Notes: generated by a model from the sequence alone, not told the origin. A stretch of DNA of 64,000 nt from Amphiscolops sp. MND2022 (GCA_964187785.1 OZ076409.1:36024001-36088000); one strand, 5' to 3'; counted from the first letter of the stretch, positions 1 through 12,865 are shown. Numbers and translations: made by a program.

Positions 1-3000
1 TCAGCTGGTTTCGGTAGTGCTGATATTAAACTGTTTCGGTTAGATCCTGAAACAGAGCATATCTTTTTGTTTATCATACCCAGAAGGTTTTTGTATATCG
101 TACCCCCCCCGTATATATTCGGTTGCATACATTTTCGGTTTGATCTTCTGACAGATGATTTTTCGGTTTCTAAATATATTTTTTCTTTCTCACCTGTAGG
201 CATTTCACCGTCAGTTTGCAGTTTCAATTCGTCTTCGAGGTTTGTGTTGATCGGCTTGTACCCGTTCCTTTCGGATGTATCCGGAGTTTCCATTTCAAAG
301 TCACTTTCCTCGTCAATTTCGCCTTCTTCACTTTCTGACTCCGATTCGGACTTGCGTGTCCGGCTTTGGATAATTTTCAGTTTTCCATTGAGTATGTAGC
401 GAAGTATTTCGTTCCACTGAATATATTTCCCGTCGACGCCTCGGAGGCAATGTCAATTCTTCGGTGTGATTTTGTCTCCGATTTGCGGTGCCTGTTCTTT
501 CTTCTTTTCGGTCTGAAATACAATTGGTCTCGAAATGTGTTTTCGGTGAATTACTTTTCCACTCACGGTGGTTACGGTATGTTCAGTTCCGCTTACTGCG
601 GTTTGGATTTTCTTTTGAAACTTTCCTTCTAGTGATTTTCTATTGTAGTTTTTTTCTACAAATTGAGAGGGATTTGTAGACCGAATTTTTGTTTTTCGGT
701 TGTTTGTCCACCGCATTTCCCTCGGCTTTAGTCTTTGCCTAGACCAGGTAATTTGTAACATTCCCTTCTTCATCTCTCGATAAATAAATTGGGATTTTTG
801 GCTTTTTCTCAGCTGTAACAATTAGTTCGGTCCAATCAGAGAGGAATGATTTACCATCTTTAACCAGATTGGTTATTTCGGTTCGCGGCTTCCTACCGTG
901 ATGTAATTCGAATTGCGTTAATTTCAATCCGGTGTGTATTGTGAATCGCATTACTTTTAATGCTCTATTTACGCATTCGGTCAGGCATAAATCACCTTCT
1001 GAATTACCCACTATTAAAATCTTCATGGTTTGTATTGCGCGTTCTACTGCTCCCGTACCGGTATGTATTCTTGGTGTGCAGTATTCTATTTCGATGTTTT
1101 TCGATTTACAGAATTTGATGTAATCTTTTGAGATAAATGCTCCCCCTTTATCCGATTTGATCTTTTCCGGTATTCCGTACAAATTAAAGTTTTGTTCTGT
1201 GAAATTAATCACCTCTTTCGCTTCGGATGTTTTGCAAGTTTTTACAGTCGGCCATTTGTTAAATCTGTCTACCGCAATCAGTAGCTAATTCTCTCGGTTC
1301 ATTTTTCTGTTGTGTAATTTTCCAGTGAAATCAATTTGGATTTTTTGTCTCGGTTCAATATGTGTTTTCAATTTTCCGCTCTCGTTTTTCGGTATTTGGT
1401 ATTTTAAATTCTTACCAGATGATAGGCAGTCTATACAATTTTTGACTTTGTCCTCGATGTCTTTGTGAATATTCGGCACCAGAAGATTTTTGCCCCGGCT
1501 ATCATGTTGGTGGTTCCGGCATATCCAAAGTGTAAAGTATCCAATAGCTTTTTTCAGAGCTCGGTTGCTACGATAATTTTGTCATATACAAATGTTAATC
1601 CCCTTTTTGTTGAGATGTTTTCAAATTGTTGTCGGTAGTGTTTCGGCGCCATGCTGCGATCTTCTCTAGTTAGTGCTAGTTTGATCCGGTTTAACTCGGC
1701 GTCCGTTGCCAATTTTGCAATTAGACTTTTCAGGTCCAGCTTTTTAAATTGTTTTTTCGGTAGCTTTCTTTCTTTCCTTCGGTGACTACTCCGATTTTTT
1801 GGTTGAATTGCACGTAGTGCGCTTCTTTCCTTTCCGTGCTGTAATTTTTTAGGTCGACAATTGGTAGATTGTCTCCGCGTATGATTTGGCTCTCTCCTTC
1901 ACTCTCCGGGTCATTTTATTGTTCTTCCGGCGGTTGTTCTTCCATCTAAATGTGGTCCGGTTCTTCTACAGTTTCTTGGAGGGGTCGGTAGCCTCCCCCC
2001 AGCCTGTTTACACGCTGTATCACTTGTCCGTATATTTCGGCAATTTCTTCCCTACTTCTTTTGTTCGGTCGGGACAGTACCCAGATCGTTCGTTGAGCGT
2101 TCTGGTCATAGCGTCTTCTCATTGTGCCGGATCTGGCGATCTCCAATCTTTTCTCAACTAGCCTTCGTGTTTCCGGACTCTTTTCTCTCCTTTCAATAAC
2201 TTGCATGATTTTGGCGGTTGCGCTCCAATGAAAATAGTCACGGTCCATTTCTTCTTCGATTGATGATGTTGGTAATTTCGAGTGATTATGTAATGGTAAA
2301 TTTTCTTGGCGTTTGAATTTTATCGCGTCACTGTTTGGACTGATTTCAGTTGGTTCGTTTGTTTTGTTCACGTGTCGATTCTTCTCAAAGGTTCTATTTG
2401 TTTCTGATTGACTGTTCGATTTACAGTCGTTCGTAACTTTCGTGTTCGGTGTGCGCTGCAATTGGTTCGTGAAAACTCTTCCGTATTTCAGATTCAGTTC
2501 GGCTTGTTTCGTGAGAATGTTTATTACGTGTTGTTCATCATACATATTTTCGGTCATGGCGCCTTCTACCGGATTGCGGCTTAGGAAGTCTGTGAATTTC
2601 AAAATGCTTCCGGTAATATGCTGTATTGAAATATCGAAATGTGCTAGCTGGTCGAACCATCTGGTTAGTCTTGCGATGTTTTGTTTGTTACATCTATTTC
2701 ATTTAATTTGAGGTTCTAATGCTTGGTGGTCGGTGCAAAGGAACACCTTTTTTCCGTATAAACAAAAACGGAAATTTTCTAAACCTCATACAACTGCTAA
2801 AAAATCAAGTTCTCCGGTTGAATAATTTTTTCCGCTGTCGTTGAGAAAACTACTACCAAACGCTATCGGTTTTAATTCTCCCTCTGCTTGTTTCTGCCAT
2901 AATGTTATTCCGAGGCCGGTTCTGCTTGCATCGGTTGTCACGATGTTATCTTTGTCATTGGCGTAATGTGCTAATGCCGGTTCTTTGGTTAGCATTTTCT

Positions 3001-4320
3001 TCATCGTTTCGAAATCATTTTGTTGTTCCGTTTGCCATTTCCATTCTGTATTTTTCTTCAGTAGTTTTCGTAGTTTGTCGGTTCTTTCTGACAGTCTCGG
3101 TAGGAGTTTTGCCAAATAATGTATTGCCCCGAGGAACGATTTTAGTTGTTTCGGGTTTTCCAGGTGTTTCAAATCCAGTATGACTTTACCTTTCTCTTTG
3201 TTCGGTTTTATCCCGTCTTCATCTATTTCGTGTCCAAGCCATTTCATTTTCTTTTGGAAGAACTCGGATTTCTTCTAACTCGCTCTATAACCGGCATTCT
3301 CGAATTTCCTCAATACATCGAACAGTTTCTTTTCGTGATCTTTTCGGTCTCCCCGAGTTACTACTATAATATCGTCTAGCCATGCGGGTGTACAATATTC
3401 CAATGTTCGGTCGATTTTTTCTTGGAAAATTGTGGGTATGTCGGCTAGTCCATAATATCCTTTTTTGAATCGGTAGTTGCGGCTGAAGTTTCCCCCGGTG
3501 ATTGCAAACACACATTGACTGCTTGTTTCTTCTGATTGCATTATTTGACCGTATGCATAGTCAAGGTCTATCTTTGATATCATTAATTTTTTTGATGGGT
3601 CTCTTGTTATCTCTACCGAAATTTCATTCAACAATTCTTCCATGTTCGGCATGTGTGGTTGGATTTTGATGCAGCTGTCATTCAATTTTCGTGTTTCTAA
3701 AACTATTTTTACAGATTTATCGTTCTTTACGGTTAATACTACTGGTGACACAAAACAATCTTCATCTACTTGTTTTACTCTTTCCAAGTGTCCGGATTTC
3801 GTTAGTGTTTCGATTTTTTTTCCAACTGCTTCTTGTAAGTGGAGAGGGAATGGTCTTGCCTTTTGTTTTACCGGATAGTGTCCCGGTTTGAATTGTAAGT
3901 TTATTTCGGCATCTTTTATGGTCGTATTGTTTCTGAACAAGTCCGGGAATTTCTCTACGATCTGTCTCTTTTCTGATTGGCTATTCTCGTCCAATCGGTT
4001 GTTTCCGATTGTTAGTCTGAATTTCTTTAACCAGTCCTTTCCGAGTAGTGGTGTTTTATCATTTCGTTCGGTAATTAGTAATTGCAGCTTTTGTTGGTTG
4101 TTCTCGTATTCAATGTCCACCGGTATTTTCCCTCGGAATTTTACTTCGTTCTTGTTTACATCTTGGTATCGGTGCTTCACTTTTTGAATTTCGGTGCCTT
4201 TCTTTATTGTGTTGTCCGCCGGGTTTATCGATTTTGGTCATCCGGTGTCTATTATAAATTCTTTCTCCGTTCCGTTGATTTTCACCGTCGTTGTTAAATA
4301 TTTGTTTTGTTCACGATTCT
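1..4320 (-). pseudogene. pol: pol of Gypsy A (PR-RT-RNase H-tether-integrase), broken
   Basis: ORF fragments 3275-4180 (RT), 2786-3247 (RT thumb/RNase H), 1946-2602 (tether), 1285-1479 and 739-1212 (integrase). Confidence 0.9.
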
Positions 4321-4322
4321 GT

Positions 4323-5152
4323 TCATTCTTTCAATCCATCAATACTCGATTCTGATTCATCGCTTTCTTCACCAATTGTTGAGTTTCTAGTCTCGGTTAC
4401 GTTCCGTACTTTGCGTTTGTAATTTTCCTTTTGTCTGCATGCCCGTGCAAAGTGGCCTTTCTTTCCGCAGGAATTGCATGTCTGGTCCAGTGCTGGGCAT
4501 TTGTGGGTTTGACTACAGTTTGGTGCATTGCAAAATCTGCATGATCTGTTGTTGTTGAACTTATTTCCCGGTCGTGTGTTGAATTTGTCCATTCTCTGTA
4601 TTGGTTCTTCTTTGATTTCTTTTTCTCGGTTTGATATTATTGCTTCCGGTTTTGTGTTTTTCTTGTTTTTCTTTTCGTATGTGTTCTTTTTGATCATTTC
4701 GATTGCTTTCTTGATCTCGGGTTTCTTTTCTTTCTATAGTTTGTCTCGAAGTTTCTTGTCCGTAATTGCGGTCATAAATTTGGAAATGAGTAATTCTTCT
4801 GCTGTTATGTTTTCGAAGTTGCATTCTTTTTCAATTTCTATCAATCTCCGCCAGAAGTTTTCCGGTGATTCGGATTCAGCTTGTTTAGTCCAGAAGAATT
4901 CTCCCCGATTGTGGTATGTATTTCTCTTCGGTAAGAAGTACTCGTTGAATAACCGGATTAATTCTTTGATTGCGATTTTGTCTGTTTGTGTCCGATTTCT
5001 TCTCTCCGGATTAATTCCGCAATGTCCATTTTATATTTCCGTTTTGTATATTGCCGGAATAGCTCAAGCCATTGTTTCGGTGTGAAGATTTTCTTTCCAT
5101 CTGTTGTTGCTTCGAAGTTCGGCAACTCAAGTTGTGTTGCTTCTTGTGTCAT
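4323..5152 (-). pseudogene. gag: gag of Gypsy A (frameshifted)
   Basis: ORF pieces 4958-5152 and 4323-4697; zinc knuckles CRFCNAPNCSQTHKC and CNSCGKKGHFARAC. Confidence 0.85.
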
Positions 5153-5190
5153 TGTTTCTTTGTTTCGATAAAATCAATGTAAATCAGAGT

Positions 5191-5203
5191 GCTGACTGCG
5201 CCA
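5191..5203 (-). promoter_or_regulatory. Primer-binding site of Gypsy A, tRNA-Ser-like
   Basis: Minus strand reads ...AGAACA|TGGCGCAGTCAGC, similar to the TGGCGCAGTCGG tRNA-Ser PBS of Drosophila 297/17.6. Confidence 0.75.
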
Positions 5204-5492
5204 TGTTCTATTTCTGCTTGGTAAGATAAAAACGATGTTAGTACTGATTTCTGTTTTATGCCAAACTGTACGTTAAATCTAGGTTAGAAACTATGGTTCC
5301 TTAATGAAACTTATCTAGTATACCTATGTATATGAATATGTATAAACAAAAAGAGGAATTTATTTATAGTTCAGTTTATTTATAGTTTAGTTTAAAGAGG
5401 AACATTATAGTTTGTTGGTGAATGTTCTTTTTCAGTTTGATTGGCATTTCAATTAACCGAATAATTCGGACACGGTACTTCACCGTATGACA
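5204..5492 (-). repeat. 5' LTR of Gypsy A (~289 bp)
   Basis: Starts TGTCA and ends AACA on the minus strand, directly followed by the PBS. The partner LTR is outside the window, so the outer boundary is unconfirmed. Confidence 0.65.
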
Positions 5493-6539
5493 GTCATTTC
5501 CAGCTGAAGTTACAAAACCTAAAAAGTCGAAAAATCAAGAAAATTAATACGTTCCATTGATAGGTGAGGCAAAATTTTCATCAGATAAAATTTATCTGCT
5601 TTCAAAAAGAAACCTGCTATTTATGTACAACCAATTGGTTTAAACCATTTTATCGTACAATTTAGGGGAAAAATTTACGAAAAAATTACGAACACTTGAA
5701 GAATTTTTGCGGTCAAATTGCCGGTTGGACAAAACAAGCGTGTATTTTCCGAGATAAAGATCAAGGCAGTGACATTGAATGTTCCTTTGTAATCCCCAAA
5801 TAATGCAACTCTGATAGATAGACTGATGACAGGTCTATCAAAAGCATTAAGTAACAGTCTTACATGATCAGACCCTGAAAAGCAATTACTTGAAGTAAAG
5901 ATATTCTACAGTACACTAGTGTACAGTGTACGACTGAGAATTAATGCATCAACGAAGCATCTTTACACATCAAGTGAATCGATAAAATACGATCGAGTCG
6001 TATCGTAACCGTAGCATCGTTTTAAGTTTCCTCAGTGTGAAATTTCCTGAGTGAAATAATGTAAATTTAAGTGAGCTCTAGCTGCCAGCGAAGGAAAAAC
6101 GAGGCAATGCAATTTCAATTCAAATGAATTTAAATTCCAACTTTAATGAACCTGAAGGAATCAATCGCTTTTACTGAAATTTAAACTGGTACAATTCATT
6201 ATGGAAAACTGGGTTTCTGAAAACAGGACCGAAAGGAGAAATACCTACGTATACGCTATAGCCTACCGTTTTTCCCTATTTTTTGCGTCGCTTAGGAAGC
6301 TTGATGGAATTCGATTGAATCAGGGAAATTTCAATGCAAGGAAATTTTATTCAGGGACTTATAAAACCCTGAACATTTTTTGGCAACCTACAAAAACTTG
6401 TAAACAGTTCAAACAGTTTCAACTATTGTAAGCGTTCAAACTCCGGTTTGGCAGGATGACCTAAAATATTTCCACTGCGAATCGTAGATTGAAACCAGAA
6501 ATATTTCGATCAGGTCCCAACTAAGTACCAGAAATTACC

Positions 6540-8050
6540 GAAAAACAATTTTGCTTGAAAAGATACAGTATAGCTAGGACACTTGATGAACAAACACGGT
6601 ACCAAACGACTAAAGGTAAAATGGCTTGAAAACGAAGTTGAACCCCTTAAAACCATAGATACCTCTAGTCCATCAAGGCGAAGCTCAGAGTGAAACGGAT
6701 GAATTGAGCAAACACCTAAAGAATAAAGTAAAATGTAAACAAGATGACATACGAAACAAACTAGAAAAAACAAGAACGACATCAGTTTATGCCTAAACTA
6801 TCACAATTTTCTATATTCCAGAAAACTTTCATCATCAACGATGCGAGCACTAATGGCTTGTGCATTAGGGGCAAAAACATAATGACAAAACTTGACGACC
6901 GGCAGCAATTGCGAGTGGATTTGTACACGACTTAGAAAGATAACGACATCATAAAGCTTGAAGTTTTAGCGGTCGAAAGTTCATTATAACTTTTAATGTT
7001 TCAATACTTCAGAAAAAAGTAACACTGGACAAAAATAAGCAACTCTACAACCGTTTTTACGGAAAAACACGGCCTATAATGAAAAGATGAGGACCATTCT
7101 CATTTTTGACAATAGAATTTCGCCCAGGTCCATAATATCATTTAACAATGTTTGTGAGCCGTAACTGATTGGAGAACAGGAACCGGAAAATAACTACGGA
7201 GAAGAATGCATCATACACAGCAGAGAAATCTATGAGCGAAATGCCACCAATCGACTAGTCAATAGTCCGATCCGCAAAAGCAGTTGAGCGAACTTATCAG
7301 AGAAGCTCGGATACCACTGTTCGTGAACAAAGCAGGACAAAAATTGTCATCGCTGAAATTTGAAAAATTATATGCGAAGTTTTTTATCTGTTAACAAAAC
7401 CGCGGCGTATCTAGTAATGGAAAGAAACCTGCGGATAAAACCTCGAAAAGTACGGACACGAACGACAAATTGACATCTACAGACAACTAGAGCTCCATAA
7501 AGGAGCAACTAAAGAGGTCAACAGAAGACCGGATAACCGGTGAAAATTGAAGTGGAAGGAGGGGCTAGAGATTTCTAGGCCAATAAACATTACGTATCTT
7601 CCGACCCAACCCAAAGAAGAAGGTTTCCAATGTTTGTTTTGAAAGTGCAAAGGCATATTTAGTATCAGGTAATACGGATCAGTAATACGGATCTGCCTGA
7701 TTACCAGCAAATCAACCAACCGGAGTAAAACGATACCCTAGATTACCCAGACAAGTTCTCGTTCGGTTTAGAGAACTTGATCGATTATTCTGTGAACAGT
7801 ACCAGGATACAGTCAGTGATACAAACAATGAAAAGGATGAGGAAATCTTGCTACTGGATGGCTACTTCGTGAAAGAGAAGTTATTGACCAGGTTCGAGCA
7901 TTTGCTTTGGGATGACCGGATCGTCATTCTGAGGACACCTTTACATACTGTGACACGTCTCCTACACACGGGCCATATTCGGGTTTTCAAAAATTGAACA
8001 GGAGAGATGAACCTTTTTGGCGAGAACTGGTCTGGAAGATTTAAAGAAAA
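6540..8050 (+). pseudogene. Heavily decayed Gypsy pol fragment (RNase H to integrase zinc-finger region)
   Basis: Manual translation gives FIINDASTNGL (~6830, RNase H-like) and EKLLTRFEHLLWDDRIVILRTPLHTVTRLLHTGHI (~7875-7980, integrase HHCC start). Boundaries approximate. Confidence 0.55.
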
Positions 8051-9536
8051 GGCAAAATGTGTAAACAGTGCAAAAAAATCAAAAACACGAAAACGGAAAT
8101 AAAATAATTTAAAACAAAAAGGTAAATTTTTATAATGCAGTTTTTAGCCAACAATTAGAAAAGTACAAAATCTCGGCCTTTTTGTTTTTCTACATAAATT
8201 TCGGGATGATTTCTTTTCATTTTACTGTGCATTTTTGTATCACTTGCAGAGTTCAAAGACTGTACTAAAATCGTTCACCACTTACTGTACGATTCTCTGC
8301 TCGACTCACTGCCATAATGAGGCTAACAATCTTTCGTGTGCACACAAAAGCGCCCCAGTCAAAAGCGCCCAAAAGCAGATTTTGTTGCAGCCTCCCGTGC
8401 GAGATTTTCAAACTACTGATTATCTACCACAAAGACGATCTTCTAGTATCTAGTAATCTTCTAGTATCCACATCTAGCGTTTCCGCCTCAAACTATTTTT
8501 CAGAAGAATTTCTAGTGAACAAAACTAAACATTGTAAGTTCTTCCCAAAAAAGTTTGATGCAAGTTTGATCCAACGTGCATGACGGTGATGTCGAATACG
8601 CTAGCCGGCTCTCGATGCAACGAAAATTCCCGGAATTGTTTTTTTTAAATTGAAGTCCAAAAACGATTTGAGTTGAACAAGTGGAATCCAAGATTTCATC
8701 TGAGATTTTATCCAAGATGTCTGTACAACCCTTGATCTGGAATATATTTTTAGGTTTTAGAAAAGTTACTTAAATCAAGATAATCACACATCTTAGCGTG
8801 ATGTTCGAGCTCTTGGAGAACTGGAAAGTGTTAATGATCCTTGATCGCGCAGACTCATCCTTGGTTCAATCAGTAAAGTCTGAATTTCTTGAAAGATCTT
8901 GGCATCATCAGGTAATTGGCTACCTTTCAGAGAAGCGGTCAGATACACACAATCTTAAATACACACTCTACTCTTGTTTCGAAATTCGAAGTCCTCCTTA
9001 CTGACGGTCTATTAGAAGAATCCTTAGAAAGATATGGTTCAAATAAGTTCTCATTAAAACTTTCTTCTAAATGGTGTGAAATAATTCAAACTAAGTTAGA
9101 CGCAAAGTAGCTGATGATTGAATAAATATATTTAATGATTGGTCTAGTTGAATTGTAGTTCCTGAAAAATATGAAAGTTAGAGACAGTTATTGAATCCTA
9201 ATAAAATTTGCAGTTTTGTTCTTTGATTTAGTGGTTACAAAGTGGTTTAATAGTGGTTTAATACGTTGGGTTCCGGGTTTCATCAGCTGATGTGACTTTT
9301 AAGATCCAGTCTGGAACATAGATGGGGTATGTATGCTGGGCTAAAGATTCATATCGCAAACAACGTAACTGGCCTGATGAGCAGAGCCTAGCCGTTCAGT
9401 GAATAATCTTTGTAATTGGAAGCTTTCAAAATAGCCACAACGCTAAACGGATCTTCGCCAACAGCCACTCTGCAATCAGGCCCAGAGTATCGTTGGACAT
9501 GGCGTCACCTTCAACGTCATGATACCATGGTGTGCA

Positions 9537-11092
9537 TGTAAGGACTGTCGTCTCTAGGTGGTCTAAGGTCAACAGTAGACTGTGAGTCCCTTTTTGTAAT
9601 TTTGTTTTTAAATCCTCTATTCATTTCAGTATTTTCCTGGCTGTTGGGGGACGAGCTTGCCTCAGTGTCTCGGTTCCCTGAGGATGAAATCGAGCTCACA
9701 ATATTCTGAATCTCTGGGATTACTCTCTCAGTTATCGCTGTACTAATAGCCATGTTTATCTGGCTATGCATTAGTGACATCATTGAATCCATTTCTTGCG
9801 AAAGTCTCATGTTGAATTCGCTAGTAAAAACTTCTAGTGTTTCTTGAACACTATCTTGCCTAGGTATTACATTTTCATGTGCATAATGCCCAAATTCATT
9901 TTCGTGAGTTTCATATCTCGAAGATTGAAGGTTGGACTCAATGTCTTAATCATTTCCCACATTTCCAATCCTATCCGAAAGCTCGCGTTCAATAGGATTA
10001 ATGTTTCCATTTCCTACCATTACGTCTGCATTCTCAAAGTCGGACATCATGTCCATTTCCCTTGACTTTCTAGCTTTCGCCTTTTGTTTCCTTGTAGAAG
10101 GCATAAGAGACAATTGCAAGAGGTGAGAGTTAAGTATCTTTAAGCTTGCAAACAAAATAAGATCAATTGACAGGCTGCATCTATTATCAAAATTGTCTCC
10201 CCGGTCCCAGAGTCCCGGGTATATATATGATAAGTTGCATGACTGTCGAAAAAATAACTGTCATGTTCTAAAAATAGATAAATGATAGTCTTAAAATAGC
10301 ATCACCTACATGTGGATTACATGATGTAATGACCTATTGGCCACATCAAAGGCGTTACACCGCCTCATTCGTCCTGAAGGGACAACTGCACTTTTATGAT
10401 GATGAAGGCAACACTGCATGTAATATTCATGTAATAATTGCATATCCAAATCACACTCTCATATACTTTAAGCAGGAGAATTTAGACTTTGGCCAGATTC
10501 AGCCTTTGAGCCAAGAAAAGGGCTTCAAATATAGCACCTTTATTTGTAAGAACGTAATTGTACGAAGCATTATTCTTCAAATTAAGTCCTTTACTATAAT
10601 CATGAAAGCACCAGTTAAATTGGACTCAGTGTCTCATCGCCTTAGCAAGCATATTAGTATTTGAGAATGAACGGCGCGTGGCCATAATGTCCACTAATAA
10701 CAGCGCTGTATTAGAGTGCTCAGTTGAATGGTGAAATGTGATTGGTTGATTTTAGTTTGGACTGCTTGTCCACGGCGACAGAAGAGAAAACACTTTGAAC
10801 ACGTTTCCTCTACCTGTACCCCTTGGTGTCCAATTCACATTACATCTAATTATATTTACATGTTTTAAAACATAACTAACAAGGAATATATCCACTAATT
10901 GTACGTAATTACATGACATAATAATAATGTAAACCAGTAATACAAAACAGTTTTATCCCAAAGTTTTAATTATGAGCCTTGGATTTCTTGGACTTGTTGT
11001 CTCGACTGTTTGCGTTTCCTCAATCTAGTGGAATTGTTCCAGGTAGGGCCCTGCAATAACCATATGCGACCGTGTACCAGTTGCCATCGACA
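9537..11092 (-). repeat. 3' LTR of Gypsy B (1556 bp)
   Basis: Direct repeat of 23627-25196, preceded on the minus strand by the PPT; lacks 16 bp of the terminal palindrome. Confidence 0.95.
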
Positions 11093-11825
11093 CTCCCCCT
11101 GGCATAAGCAAAAATGTGCCAGCAGCCATTCCGTCAAGGAAAGCTCTCTTTCTTCTTTCGGTTTCAGCTAACGTCTCGCCTGGGACCACTGTTTTGTTGA
11201 GATAGTCGTTGACTGCTTCATCCTGTATTTGTTGGACTGGTTTCCCACAAACCACGCAGTCCGAACAGCCCAACAAGCCCGCGTTCCCAGACACTGTCAT
11301 GTCATTGAAGTGATTTGCCACAGTCTCGACTGAAGTTGAGCTCGTCGAGTAAGAACAGCTCGGTATATCTTGTTCACAAGCTGGTCCCCTATCTTCTGGT
11401 GGCGGCGAGATTGGGGTATCAATATTAGGTCGTAGGTCTCTGCAAATATTAATAGGATGATTGGGTCTAATTCGGTCATCCGGTCCAATAGGTCCATTGC
11501 CCATACCCAGGTTGAAAAACTGTTGTGTGAATGTAGGAAAAGGCGGCAAATCTGGTTTAGGCGTCTCGCATCTTGCTTGAGTACCTGTTGTCTCTGCGTT
11601 GGGAATAGCGATGGGTTCGGCCATTTGTCTCTCTATGCATCTCGCCATAATCTCGATGTCCAGCATTTCCTCTTCAGATGAGACGTAGACGTCGTCCACT
11701 GAGTCACCATCGAAGGATTTCATTTCTTCGTCCTCATCGCTTAAAATACATATTATCGCAGGAGCTTCCTCAGATTGAGCAGCGCCCAAGAAGTTCATAG
11801 GGAATGTTTCAGAAAAGTCAGACAT
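11025..11825 (-). CDS. Accessory sense ORF of Gypsy B: acidic protein of unknown function with a CxxCxxC motif; overlaps the PPT and LTR
   Basis: Uninterrupted 266-codon ORF from an ATG; D/E-rich N-terminus, CSDCVVC motif; no obvious signal peptide or TM segment. Confidence 0.7.
   Translation of the reverse strand: MSDFSETFPMNFLGAAQSEEAPAIICILSDEDEEMKSFDGDSVDDVYVSSEEEMLDIEIMARCIERQMAEPIAIPNAETTGTQARCETPKPDLPPFPTFTQQFFNLGMGNGPIGPDDRIRPNHPINICRDLRPNIDTPISPPPEDRGPACEQDIPSCSYSTSSTSVETVANHFNDMTVSGNAGLLGCSDCVVCGKPVQQIQDEAVNDYLNKTVVPGETLAETERRKRAFLDGMAAGTFLLMPGGVSMATGTRSHMVIAGPYLEQFH
11093..11102 (-). promoter_or_regulatory. Polypurine tract of Gypsy B
   Basis: Minus strand reads CCAGGGGGAG|TGTCG immediately before the 3' LTR. 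Confidence 0.8.
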
Positions 11826-11839
11826 GAATCTAGCTTTTA

Positions 11840-12103
11840 TTATTTTTTTGGCAATTTTTGAAAAGAAAAGAACTTTCGTATTTTGGGTTTCGGAGGCAGC
11901 TGACTAAAGCTGTTGAAATCGTATAAATAGCGATCTTCTTCTTCATCGTCTCGTGGGACTTCCACCATATCACGAGTTTTCTTTCCCGGGTTTTCTGTTT
12001 CGTTTCCCGTCTGGTAAATTTTCAATAACAAAATTTTCTTTCTTAAACCTTTCATCAAGCCGCTAAGCCACTTCATATTTGCAATTACTTTGTTGATCAT
12101 CAT
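11840..12103 (-). CDS. Small accessory sense ORF of Gypsy B (87 aa), unknown function
   Basis: ATG-initiated; basic N-terminus and acidic patch DDEEED; ends 14 nt before the ATG of the 266-aa ORF. Confidence 0.4.
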   Translation of the reverse strand: MMINKVIANMKWLSGLMKGLRKKILLLKIYQTGNETENPGKKTRDMVEVPRDDEEEDRYLYDFNSFSQLPPKPKIRKFFSFQKLPKK

Positions 12104-12865
12104 CAGTTATGCTAGCACTTTCAAGTTAGGAGTGTAACTTCAAGTGTTTATTAACACTCATCAGGTACTTGAGAGTTTCAAGTAGGTGAAGATAAGGCAG
12201 ACAGCCACGCCGTCCACCACCAATCTAATCAACCAATAGGAATTCAGCAAAATTCCTTCCAAGATGGAATTGCTTCCCAAGGTCGTAAGTCCATATAAGG
12301 AATAATATAAAATGTCCTTGAAAATAAATAAAATAGTGTTAAAATCATGAAATAATTCTCAAAAATAACAAAGTTTTCGAAATAAATGAAATATTGTAGA
12401 TATTGCTGGCAGACTTTGTCCACATAGTGCTGTAAATTGTAAATAGCAACAAATTTGACACCAAACTGTATAGCCACGAACTCCAATCTTGACATCTTGT
12501 CACATCATCTATTCATCTTTTCAATTCCTTACTTTCAATTCTACCACTTTTAGTCTTCTTTTATCCAGTATTTAATCACCATCGTAGTTATTCATCTCAT
12601 ATTTATTCAATAGTTAGTCGCTGAGTCACTTTTATTTATATATTCTCATCTAATCTTCATCTCGGGACTCAGTGTCCATCTGTCCCCATCTTTGTGGATT
12701 TGTTTGGATCGTTCCTGCTAATCGACATCCAGTCTTCGACCTTGCAATTCCCTTTCCAGTCCCAGTGCGAGGTTCTTTTCTTGAAAACACTGACAATCCT
12801 GGTATCTACAGTGGTTTTGCCTTCTGTCGTGTATAGCAACAACTTGGCTCAAAACATTCTTTATT

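Larger units (their letters stand above)
1..5492 (-). mobile_element. Ty3/Gypsy LTR retrotransposon A, degraded; 3' end runs off the left edge of the window
   Basis: Minus-strand order LTR-PBS-gag-PR-RT-RH-IN. Motifs: CNSCGKKGHFARAC knuckle, IIDTG protease (~4245), IDLDYAY and WLDD RT, TTDASRTG RNase H, HHCC remnant, IKSDKG...VERAI integrase. Many frameshifts and stops. Confidence 0.93.

Noticed and set aside
67..5171. Many plus-strand ORFs over Gypsy A, and similar ones over other elements
   Set aside because: They are antisense shadows of gag/pol. Many ORF-track starts are TTG/GTG, which is not meaningful for a eukaryote.
8200..9120. Possible decayed coding region
   Set aside because: Partly open frames, but no motif I can recognise on either strand.
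10329..10664. Plus-strand 111-aa ORF repeated at 24366-24752
   Set aside because: It is duplicated only because it lies in the LTRs. It has no recognisable motif and overlaps the putative promoter, so I cannot support it as a gene.
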